Shown here one piece after another: positions 12,261 through 23,680 of a stretch of 64,000 nucleotides of DNA; within the stretch, counting starts at the first letter, position 1; each line of letters opens with the position of its first letter. This stretch comes from Octopus sinensis (Eukaryota). Made by a program: the position numbers and the translations under genes. Below the pieces are notes generated by a model. It was not told where the DNA came from. It searched no databases and saw only the letters and a program-made list of their open reading frames with translations. Location of the stretch: NCBI RefSeq assembly GCF_006345805.1, contig NC_042998.1, positions 72,416,001-72,480,000 of the forward strand, read 5' to 3'.

Positions 12261-12675
12261 AACAAATCCACATGTAAATACATACACACGTACACAATGC
12301 TCACACACACACACACACATACACACACACACGCACACAGTGCACACACACACACACACATATATATACACGTGCACACACACACACAACGCGCGCACAC
12401 ACACATACACACACACGCATACAGTGCACACACACACACATATATATATACACACGCGCACACACACACACAACGTGCACACTCACACACACACACACAC
12501 AACACTCACACACATACATAACCTACATATATATAATGCATGCGTGTGCGTGCCACGTATGTGTGCGGTCAATGCCCGCTAGTGTGTCCTATGCGTGCCG
12601 ATGCGCGCATGTGACCGCCCGCACGATATGCTGTGAGTGTGCGCGTGTCCCTGTGTGCTTGCTCTGGATGTGTGT

Positions 12676-14195
12676 GAAACACACAGACTTAGCAACTTTA
12701 TAGATATCATCTTAAAGCCAATACTGAAACACATTCCAAGTATTGTAAGAGATGACCTGGACCTATTAAATCATCTCCCCAAACATGCCGATAAAGACAC
12801 CTTAATCGTTTCTTTTGATGTTATTAATCTTTACACCACAATCCCACATGAATATGGACTGGAAGCCATTAAATTCTGGCTGGATAAATATCCCAATGAG
12901 ATCCCGGAAAGAATTAAAAAAGAATTCATAATTGAGGGCCTCAAATTTATTCTACAAAACAACTTCATGTATTTCCACAACAACACTTACAGACAGGTCT
13001 CAGGAACTGCAATGGGTACGAAAGTTGCACCTACCTATGCAAACCTGGTGATGGCCTACCTGCAATCACATATCTATGAAAAATCCAAATATAATTACGG
13101 CCAGTCTTTCCACAAATACCTGTTGGAGAACTGGAAACGCTACTTAGATGATTGCCTCATCCTATGGTCCCACACACTCGACCAACCTATAGACTTCAAA
13201 AACCTTATCAACAGTGTAAATAACAACATTCAATTCACAATGGAATATAGTCAGGACCAACTCCCTTTTCTTGACATCCTAATCATTTAAAAAGGCGTCA
13301 ACATTGAAACTGACATCCATTACAAACTCACTGACTCTAAACAATACCTTCTATTCACCTCCAATCACCCAAAACACACAAAGACAAATATCCCCTTCAA
13401 CCTAGCGAGAAGAATCTGCACTATTGTCTCAAATGACACAACACGAAATAGAAGACTCCGGGAACTAAGGGCAATTCTTCTCGAAAGACATTACCCGGCA
13501 TCACTAGTAGACAACGGAATAGAACGGGCCAAATCAATCAACATTCAAGACCTACGAAAACCCAAACACATCCTCAGTACCGTAAATAGCCTCCCCTATC
13601 TCTCAACACACAACCCAGGGAATGCAGAAGCTTACACTATTATATACAACAACATTCCACAACTAAATCAAGACCCACGCCTGAAAAAAATACTGGCAGC
13701 TCATAAAATAATAAAAAGTAAGAGACAACCTAAATCCCTAAAAAACCTCCTCACCAACGCAAAATTACACAACACAAACCCACCGCCCACCATCAAAAAT
13801 GTGGTCGCCCCAACTGCAAGACCTGCATCCACCTCATTGAGGGATCGTCGTACAAGTTCCACTCGGAACACACATTCATCATAAAAAATAATTTCACGTG
13901 CGCATCAAAAAATTTACTCTACGTCATAAGGTGTGAAGGATGCCACGAAGACTACATAGGGCAAACGAGCCTTACCCTCAGAGAAAGAATGACAGTTCAC
14001 CGACAACAACTGAGGGACCCCTCCACAAGACAGATACCACTAAGTGGACACTTAGACCATTGTGCACACAATAAGTCCCCCAAATTCTTAGTCTTCCCAC
14101 TATACCAATGCTGGGACAACACCACAGACCAAACACGAATAAATAAGGAAAGTAATCTTATTCAAAAATACAGACCACAACTAAACATACTCTGA
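12676..14195 (+). pseudogene. PLE reverse transcriptase plus C-terminal GIY-YIG endonuclease (Neptune/Naiad-like Cys linker)
   Basis: VSFDVINLYTTIPH, GTAMGTKVAPTYANL, WKRYLDD, LPFLD, HPKHTKTNIPFNLARRI, CGRPNCKTC, LLYVIRCEGC..YIGQT, stop at 14193-14195. Only two lesions: TAA at 13288-13290 and a -1 shift in the A-run near 13795-13799. Confidence 0.93.
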
Positions 14196-14619
14196 CATAC
14201 CCCCTGGACACACATCCAGAGCAAGCACACAGGGACACGCGCACACTCACAGCATATCGTGCGGGCGGTCACATGCGCGCATCGGCACGCATAGGACACA
14301 CTAGCGGGCATTGACCGCACACATACGTGGCACGCACACGCATGCATTATATATATGTAGGTTATGTATGTGTGTGAGTGTTGTGTGTGTGTGTGTGAGT
14401 GTGCACGTTGTGTGTGTGTGTGCGCGTGTGTATATATATATGTGTGTGTGTGTGCACTGTATGCGTGTGTGTGTATGTGTGTGTGCGCGCGTTGTGTGTG
14501 TGTGTGCACGTGTATATATATGTGTGTGTGTGTGTGTGCACTGTGTGCGTGTGTGTGTGTATGTGTGTGTGTGTGTGTGAGCATTGTGTACGTGTGTATG
14601 TATTTACATGTGGATTTGT

Positions 14620-14662
<43 letters not shown>

Positions 14663-16252
14663 TGTGTGTCTATATGCACGGTATGTGTGTATATGTGAGT
14701 ACATTGTTTGTGTGTGTGTGCGGTATGTAGAGATATATTTGAGTGTGTACGCTATAGGTTTGTATTTTGTGTGTGTGGGTATGTGTGTGAATTTTATATA
14801 TATATGTGTGTGTATGTGTGTGAAAAAATATATATATATGTGCATGTATGTATGTATGTATATGTATATATATATATATATATATGTGTATATATATATG
14901 TGTGTGTATGCGTGTGTGTGTATATATATTTGCATGTATATGTGTGTATAAACAGGTGCATTATTTGCATGCGCATTGTGTATATGTATATTGTATGTAT
15001 GTGTATTGTATATGTATGTGTACAATTAAGTGTATATATGTGTGTGTATGTGTGCATTGTATATATGTATATTGTAGGTGTGCTATATATACATGAATAC
15101 ATGTATATGCGTTGCGTGTATATATATGTATGCATTGTATATGTATGTTATGTGTGTGTGTGTCTATATATATTATATGTATGCGTACGTGTATGTGTAT
15201 GCATTGTATGTATGTATATTGTGTGTATATGTGGTATATCTATGTGTGTGTATGTAAACACTATTTATATGTATATATGTATATGTGTATATGCATTGTC
15301 TATATATATATATTATATGTATGTATTGCGTATGTATATTGCATGCATATATTGTGTATGTGTATTATATACATGCTGTGTATGTGTATTGTATGTGTAT
15401 ATATATGCCAGGTGTATTTGTGTGATATTTATATTATGTATATATGTGTGCGTGTGTTGTGTGTGTGTGTTAGTGTGTGTGTGTGTTGTGTGTGTATGTG
15501 TTATATATGTGTGTATATTATATATAAATACATGTTATATTTGTGTGCTGTGTGTATATATTATATATGTGGGTGCGTTGTGTGTGTGTGAGTGTTCTGT
15601 GTGTGTGTGTGTGTGTTGTGTGTATGTGGTGTGTGTTTGTATACTATGTGTGTGTGTGTTGTTGTTGTTGTGGGTGTGTATATATGTGTGTGACAAACAG
15701 ACGCTGTCTGACCAGCAGGCACACGGACACATCTATTCACACCCGCATACTCACCTCCCAATAACCCCAAAATCACTGATGCTTGAAGGGGAAGTATAAA
15801 CCAAACTGGGTACACATCTTTTTTTCTCTCAATTCAACTTTTCTGCTGAAACAAACAGGTCAGTAAAAAACAAATTCTCGCCTTCGATTCAAAATATTCT
15901 GAGATGTCTAAAATATCCATTTTAATTTTCTCTGTCAATATTACAAGCTTTCTCACCAAACTATTACACTTCCTTATGTCTTTAACATGTCCTTTCTACC
16001 AAAGACTGTATATATATACATGTAATGTGACAATTTGCGACAACCAATAATTAACGCAACCAAATTTCCAATAATATATTGTTTTATTCTTTTCTGCCAT
16101 TTTTACAAATATTCTCATCACACTATTGAACTTTTTTATACTATATTTATACATGTAATGTGACAATTATGTATAAAAAACATTTTTGAATTCATAATAT
16201 TCAATGTGACAATTATGTAAAAAACTTTTTTTGAACCCATAATATTCAATGT

Positions 16253-16296
16253 TACTTTTGACAACCTTTTACCAAAGAGTGAAACCGGTTAAGTAA
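16253..16296 (+). ncRNA. Hammerhead-like motif, U3-A8 variant, at the outer end of the right arm
   Basis: TACTT-TTGACAA(16258-16264)-stem II-GAAA(16282-16285)-CCGG-TT-AAGTA, then AATAAA. Confidence 0.5.
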
Positions 16297-16330
16297 ATAA
16301 ACATCGTTTAAATTGCATTTTCAAACCTTT

Positions 16331-16380
<50 letters not shown>

Positions 16381-16442
16381 ACCTATCTCTCTCTATCTAT
16401 ATAGCAATCTATGTACCTATTTGATTGTCTATCTATATATCC

Positions 16443-16480
<38 letters not shown>

Positions 16481-16810
16481 ATCTATCTCTATCTATCTAT
16501 CTATCTATTTATCTCTATATCTATCTATCTATCTATCTCTATATATGTATCTATTTAGCCAGCTAGCTAGCTAGCTATCTATAATGAATAATATCAAGAG
16601 TAATAAGAAATATCTACTACCAGTGGCCTAGCATGTAAAAATTTTGTCAATAGACTATATATTATTCATATAAATACATTGTACATTTAAACACATAAGA
16701 GGCATGCATAATAGGACTCCTTGCACGCTAGAAAGAACAATTAAATCCCAAACCACTATTACGGATAAAACATCGAAGGGAATGAAAAATAGAACATTTG
16801 CCAACTAACT

Positions 16811-16881
16811 CCTGGACCAATGGTTTCAGACTTTTTTTTAGCAAACAAAATAATATTCTGGGCGAAGTCTTCTTCAGCAGG
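16811..16881 (-). ncRNA. Hammerhead ribozyme motif (family D, left arm)
   Basis: CCTG-CTGAAGA-AGACTT...AAGTCT-GAAA-CCATTGG-TC-CAGG: intact core, paired stems I and II, GUC triplet. Confidence 0.75.
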
Positions 16882-17178
16882 TACACATTAGTTTAAACAT
16901 ATATAGACGGGACTGAATTTATATGAATAATATATAGTCTACTGACTAAATCTTTAAAAGTTAGGCCACTGCTAGTAGAAATTTCTAATATTTCTTATTA
17001 CCCTTGATATTATTAATTATTGATCATTTTTCTCGATAATTTTCGAATGAAAAAGCCGGCATTTTTATTCACTGCCGACAAGGACCTGCGCTTGCACGGA
17101 AGATCTGAATAATTACAATTTATAAGCACGTAGCATATACTGGATTGCCTCGTTTACATATGTTTAATCAAAGGTATA

Positions 17179-17245
17179 CCTGCTGAAGACGACTTCGCCC
17201 AGCAAATTATTTTATTCGCTAAAAATACTGAAACCATGGTCCAGG
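17179..17245 (+). ncRNA. Hammerhead ribozyme motif (family D, right arm), stem II decayed
   Basis: CCTG-CTGAAGA-...-GAAA-CCATGG-TC-CAGG. Confidence 0.55.
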
Positions 17246-18129
17246 AGTTAGATGGTAAATGTTTTTATTTTTCATTCCCCAAATAAAAGTTTTATCCCCA
17301 ATAGTGGTTTTGAATTTAACTGTTCTTTCTAGCGTGCAAGGATTCCTATGATGGATGCTTCTTATGTTTTAAATGTACACTGTATTTTGTTTGTCCTATT
17401 TCAAATTATAAGTGAATGGTTTTAGAATGAAATGAAGGGTAAATGGAACGAAAGAAAAACCAGCATAAACAATATTAAGGTGGGAGGTGGAGAAAGCTTC
17501 ATCAAAAGTGGATAGTAGATATATAGAAAATATGGAGAAATAGAATAAAATAAAGACCAGTTTTTTTTCTACATAAATTAGACCATTCTAAATCACATTT
17601 AGTTTTATTGTCACTAACTTGCCATATTAGCTTACTAAGTGATGTAGAATTTCCTTTATTTTACTGTTTCCATGACCAGAAGTTGTTGTATTAATGAAAC
17701 GCAAAGGCTGTTGCGTAACAGCGCAATTGCAGACTGTTTCTCTCAAGACATAATATATTTAAAGGGCATTTATTTCGACCTGTACAGTTACATCTCATTG
17801 TTATCTTCATCATTACCACCTCATCTTTCCCATTGCAGGTTCTAGCCCAATCACTGCAATCGATCTCATTTCATCTACTGTACACCAACTTATCACCGTC
17901 AGGAGATGTAGTGTTTATTATCGTGTCTCTATTACAATAATTATTGTTATTAAAATTATGGTCTTTATTCTTATTCTCTTTCATAGGCCTCGTCTTATAA
18001 TCAATGTTACTATTACCAATGTTGCTATCCTTGTCATAATTTATGCCGTCTTCATCTCAATTATCTATTTCACTCAACGCGTTCAACCTATTATTGTAAC
18101 ACCACCATTTCTATTGTCATAAGATCTCA

Positions 18130-18960
18130 TTTTGCCTCCAAATGAAGCGTTGAACCAAATAATTTTCTTAGATTTGCTTCTTTCTTATGAGGTGTTAATG
18201 CATAGTCATATTTTTCTTCCGACAATTCTCCTGTTTATGCTTCTCACATCTTGATTGTCTTTATAATTACCCTTATATCCACCATTGTACTTATTTCCAT
18301 TATCTGTTTCGACTATCACCGTGTTATTATTATACCTATCATTCTTAAAAGTTGTTTAGGTTTTTGCTTTGATGAATCTGAGATCCTAACATTCAATTGC
18401 TCCTTGATATTGTTCTCTATAGTCGAATGTGAGTGCTCTTTGGGTGGAGAACATCTAACTCTCCCAGGGCACTACCAAAACGTGTATTTTTGTATATTAT
18501 TTCTTTATTGTATATAGCCCCCCTATTTCTTCAAATGTCTACACTATTACTCTCCTCGTCGGTACTCGAGGCATGGAGTTTAGATGATGTGATTTGATAA
18601 ATTTTACTCAGGCCACCATGAGGAGTATATTGGATTTTCTTGCTGTAAATGGTCTCTGTTAATTTCCTGTATTATTATGCCTCATATCTTAAAATTTGCA
18701 TATCATCTTATATCTTTAAAAATTTCCACTTTTCAATAGCCCAGATATCCTTACAAACACCATCAACTGGATAGAATTTTTGATACTTTCAGAATGATTG
18801 GATCCACAACGTACGTACTTAAGGTTTTCCTTCGGGTGTTGGAAAGGGTGATGTATTCCAGTGCTAAGATCGAACGTGGTATCTAGAAAATTAATTCTGC
18901 TATACTCGTTTTCTATTGAAAGGTATTTTATGAGTTATTTCCTATTCCTCTCCAAACACT
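18130..18960 (-). pseudogene. Decayed PLE RT thumb region (same lineage as 7830-8560)
   Basis: INFLDTTFDLSTGIHHPF..SNHSESIKN near 18925-18780 and KKIIWFN at 18169-18149. Confidence 0.6.
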
Positions 18961-19817
18961 TCGGTCTGTTTCCCAAGTTATAGCAAAGATCCAAATCTTC
19001 CTGTCATAGATATGGCCCTTCTAGCAACAACCCTCTCCTGCCAGCTTTAAATAGTCGTCTGAATTGGGGCTATGTTCAAAGATATGCGATCGCATTACGT
19101 CACTCTCAGTGGAGATGCACACCAAAGTCTATAACATTTCTGGGGTAACTTGGTTTTATTGTTACGCGACGTCATATGGATTGTAAGCAAGCCGCCTGTT
19201 GTTTGTGTTGTGTAACTTGCCCTGGTAGAATTATTTTCAATTTTTATCAGAGTAAAATCGGATTATCACACCCTCAAAAGATCGCCTCTGCTTGTTTGGT
19301 AAGTTGTTAGACTTTGTCAGGCAGTTCTCCTTAACTGTCGCTGTGAGACTTTGTCCTTTCCACCTTTGATACGAGTGGTATGAAAGGGTTTTCATTCAGG
19401 TCATTCTTCACGGTCACGACTCCAGCATCCACCTCCACACCAAAGTAGTGATTCGCTGGCTTAGATTTTCCGTCACCCTATCCTGCAATCATTGGACGAA
19501 TTGCAACCTACTACCGGAGTCAGAACGCCAGCTGTATCCATTCTTATTACCCACAGCTCCGCAGTCTCCGTTACAGTTATCCATGTGACGTCTTGTAGCC
19601 TCTACTGTGTTCATAGAATTTAGTGCAGGAATCATGATGTCGGCATTTTGCCAACCGGCATAAATCATCGTGATACAAGTACCTCTTTTCCAATATTCAG
19701 ATGGCTTCTTTTCTTCATATCACTACTGTAACCTGAATATTTAAGCTCTCCGACGCCGCTGAGTGCTCAGCAATACATCAAGCTGTTCTTTAAAAAAGGA
19801 AACATAAATAATGTGAA

Positions 19818-19890
<73 letters not shown>

Positions 19891-19892
19891 CC

Positions 19893-19940
<48 letters not shown>

Positions 19941-19959
19941 CAGGTAGATAGATAGATAT

Positions 19960-20041
<82 letters not shown>

Positions 20042-20053
20042 GTAGATAGATAT
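19818..20053. repeat. (TATC)n joined directly to (GATA)n, a self-complementary microsatellite
   Basis: The strand switch occurs at TCTACCTAGA near 19887-19896. Confidence 0.9.
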
Positions 20054-23000
20054 ATATAACCATCTATGTACCTGTCTATTGATAAACTGAAAGACGTTAG
20101 ATAGAAACTAAGCTATTAGATGCACAGCGTTAGTGCGCATGGATATCATTATGCTGTCAGTCGGATATAATATCAATGTCAATATGTATGTTATTGTTTG
20201 CTTGGATTAAAACGAAAGTATGTTTACGCACAAAATTATGCACTTTCGTGACTACAAATTTCATTGTCATGATTGAAACATCCCCCTGTCAATAGCAAAG
20301 TCACTGATGTATTATTTTGCAAAGAAGCACGAAATTGTAAAAATGATCCTTCCATGTAATAATAGGAACGCAATATTTACTTTAACTCTGCTTAATCATT
20401 CTTTTTAATAGAAATAAAAGTAACCAAGCCAGTTGGAATACTGCAGTGATATAGAAGGCAATACAGAGACAAAGATTACAATACATGTGACATAACAGTG
20501 TTTACCAACACAATATTATAATTCATTCGCAGTTCAATTTATTTCTTCTGTTATTTTGTTCTGAGGTGAATAAATCATCTCATTGAAACAAAAGACAATA
20601 TATTTTGCATAAAAATTTATATATTTTCTTCAAATTGAAACATAATTTTCTTTGTTTACATGAAAATGCTCTAATTATGAATTATTTTGTCATGTGCCTC
20701 ACAACAGTGCTCAAGTAAATCATCCCCACAACAATGAGTTCAGAGAGTGTTCTAAAGTGACTATAGGTGATTGTAACACTTATTCTCAGGAAATCTACAC
20801 GCCTTCTGCATAACCCAGTCTACTCTCTAAGATCGTTTGTCTATCCTCCAAATCATCAAAACGCCCCCCCCCCCCGGAGCTGTGGGGCACCGAGAAAGTC
20901 TTGTGCACGAAAGTGTCCCATTCGTCTACGAAAATTAATTTGCTGTCGTCCTCTTGACTATCTCTTGAATCTCTTTTCAATAGCGCTTCTTTCTCTCCGG
21001 TAGTGACTTATGCCTTCGTCTTTAGAATCATCCCTGAACGTGGCACTCAGGTGAATGTCAGTCTCACATTTAGAGAAGGTGAGTTGATTGTGACTCTTCT
21101 TAGGAAATAATCAGGAAACGACATGGATTTCCTGATTGTTTACTACCGCTATCTTTTCTAACAATTATCCCTCTTCAGTATCGTGAAATTGTTATTGATG
21201 ATATTCCGCAGGTTTACAAGAGCTTTTATGTCATCCTACCTTGGCTCCTTGTCCAGCTGCATCAGTCTTTTAAGCTGTTATCTGATTAGGTGTTTTATAA
21301 TGATTGTGTTACATGAAAGAGATTTCACAATATTCATCTTCTGGAGTCTTAATCCTTGAACATCTAGAAAATGGTCATGATCGAGGCAGTGATTAGAATA
21401 TGCCCTGACTCTTGCGTCTGAGGTGTAGCCAAAATCATTGTCAAACTAACACTACTACATTTTGTTTATAGCTACACTTCAATTTACCTGATGATGTTAT
21501 GTTGCTTTGCGTAGTTTTGGATCACGTACAGTTTCCAGGAAGTGTTAGTTTACCCCGACTCTGCTTCTCGTGCACCTCACCAGTGTTGATTTCAGTCCAT
21601 TTGCGCCATCGTCTTCAATTTCATCAATCTTACCAGTAGACATTCAAACACTCAGACATCAATAAATTTTCTCACAGACGCATTTTCTTTCAATTGCTGA
21701 ATACCTGTAGTCATAGCCGCTATTTATTCATGTGTCCACTGCGGAATCTCATCTTCCTACTCTTGACATTTTTATATGGTTTTAACAGAAATATTCACAC
21801 ATACATAACACATACTTCACAGAATAAATCTGTGTTACATAAAATATATTTCAATTGTTCATTGATTTATGACATATTGACGTTATCTATATAGCTTCAT
21901 AATCCAACTACCAGTTATATGAAACATTATAGTTTCTAATACATTTTGTATTGCTATTTACCCTCGCTGTCATCAATAGCATTCCTGAATTTTAATATTA
22001 AGCGGTATGTAATACTTGTATATTTAAAATGAAATAACTAACTATTGATACCAAAGTGATATATAAATGATCGCTCAGTTGCAATCATAACACTCTCCAT
22101 ATTCTGTAGTTTCATTATTTTACCTACTGTATCGATCTATCGGTAAATATAAGGATATGTGCAGGACTTGTTCCTTCTTTATATAACAATATATTGAATA
22201 TAACTGCTCTATATAAATTTCACAATTCCATTATACATGTGATTTACACTGATCTCTTCTCCTATCTTTTGTAATCGATTCACAATTTGCTGTAATAATG
22301 CAATTGTTATAAGTAAATCATCGATCTAATTCAATCAGAAATATATTGACTTAACTCTAAGATGCAAGACCTTTCTTCGAGAATTTTATGACAACAAATA
22401 TGGTCCGTAACCTCGAATTCAATTTGGAATTCAATTTATAATGAATGATCGATTTATTATTCTGACTTTAATGATGTATGACCTCCATTCACAATTATGG
22501 TCCATAGAAGTTTAAAACAATCCTATTTGTAAGCTGATGAAGTCTGATTTTAAGTATGTCTGCGTTTTTAATGCCAGCTTAGACGAAATCTTTCAAACAA
22601 TATACGTGGATGCGAGAGGTCTTATTTATAGAACGTCTGTCAGTTATTAAAACTTCACAGGGCATATGGTGACATTGAATATTTTCTTTAAAACACCGAT
22701 AATTCAACTCAAGTTATGAGCGTTCCAAATAGAAAATAAAATAAAACAATCCGGCCGCATATATATGGGATTCATATTCTACCCGTTGGTAGGTCTTGAA
22801 ACACACATATACCATTTTACTCATCTTTATAGATAGTTTTTGATCTTAGCCAAAAGAAACGAAAATTTTATTTATCACAATTTTAGTCGTGTTTCGATAT
22901 ATTCTCACTTAAATAGTAATTTTTTTCATATTCTTTTAACTTGGTGTGATTCATATCTTCACTTTAATGTCAGCTTATAACTTTTTATGTCTTTATGATA

Positions 23001-23507
23001 TACATTAGAGACTAATATTTTTTTTTGTATTAATTCTTCTACATAATCTCCTCACCATTCATAGACTTCTTCAAAAATTTAACTCTTCCTTCTTTTTAAA
23101 GTTATGTTAGAATTTTTTTGTAATATAAAATAGATTTTCACTAACAAGAAATATACTAAACTACGCATTTACTAACGTGTTAATAATATTCTTAGATTAC
23201 CTAAGGGCTTTTTAGAACGATAGCGAGTTAAAATGTCGTTGAACTTTGACTAAATTTCATAATAATTATTTCATGGGTAAGCTGATAAGATTAAGATTCT
23301 AACTGCCTATTATTTCTTTATTGATGATAGCTTAATGCTATGTGATGTTTCCCTATGATATATGATTAAACTGATTTTTTTTTATCTGCTCGACTCAATT
23401 GGCGTGCATGTATCTATTTCTAGTTATCTCTAACATTCTTCCTTCTTTAACTTTCCTTCTCTCGCTGCCTCTAACACTCTATTTATCAATTACTCTCTAT
23501 CACACAC

Positions 23508-23550
<43 letters not shown>

Positions 23551-23680
23551 CATACATACATGTATCCACAGACACATGCATATATGCATATATACGCATA
23601 CGCATGCATACATACATACATGTATCCACAGACACATGCATATATGCATATATACGCATACGCATGCATACATACATACA
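23551..23680. repeat. 60-bp tandem duplication within compound microsatellite
   Basis: 23551-23610 is repeated at 23611-23670 and continues partially. Confidence 0.85.

Larger units (their letters stand above)
10861..16335 (+). mobile_element. Penelope-like retroelement, 5'-truncated, with an inverted copy of its long 3' region upstream
   Basis: Arms ~10903-12675 and 14208-16335 (the right arm has a ~115-bp insert near 16035-16150) enclose the RT-EN coding region. Both outer flanks are (TA)n. Confidence 0.9.
16680..17380. mobile_element. Fold-back element (family D), diverged arms ~16680-16910 and ~17150-17380
   Basis: Reverse-complement arms with many substitutions, each carrying a hammerhead motif. 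Confidence 0.75.

Noticed and set aside
13288-14195. Possible selenocysteine recoding, as reported for some Naiad PLEs
   Set aside because: The internal stop is TAA, and the linker and GIY-YIG cysteines use TGT/TGC. There is no in-frame TGA before the terminal one.
11286-15815. Many long ORFs of 100-380 aa rich in C/V/Y/I or H/T
   Set aside because: They are translations of CA/TG/TA microsatellites with no domain content. The same applies to similar ORFs at 5243-5598, 7413-7837, 9925-10289, 23399-24258, 32792-33100, 37051-38146 and 45445-46060.
20760-21700. Slightly GC-richer segment that could be an exon or transposase relic
   Set aside because: All frames have frequent stops and I recognise no motif with confidence.
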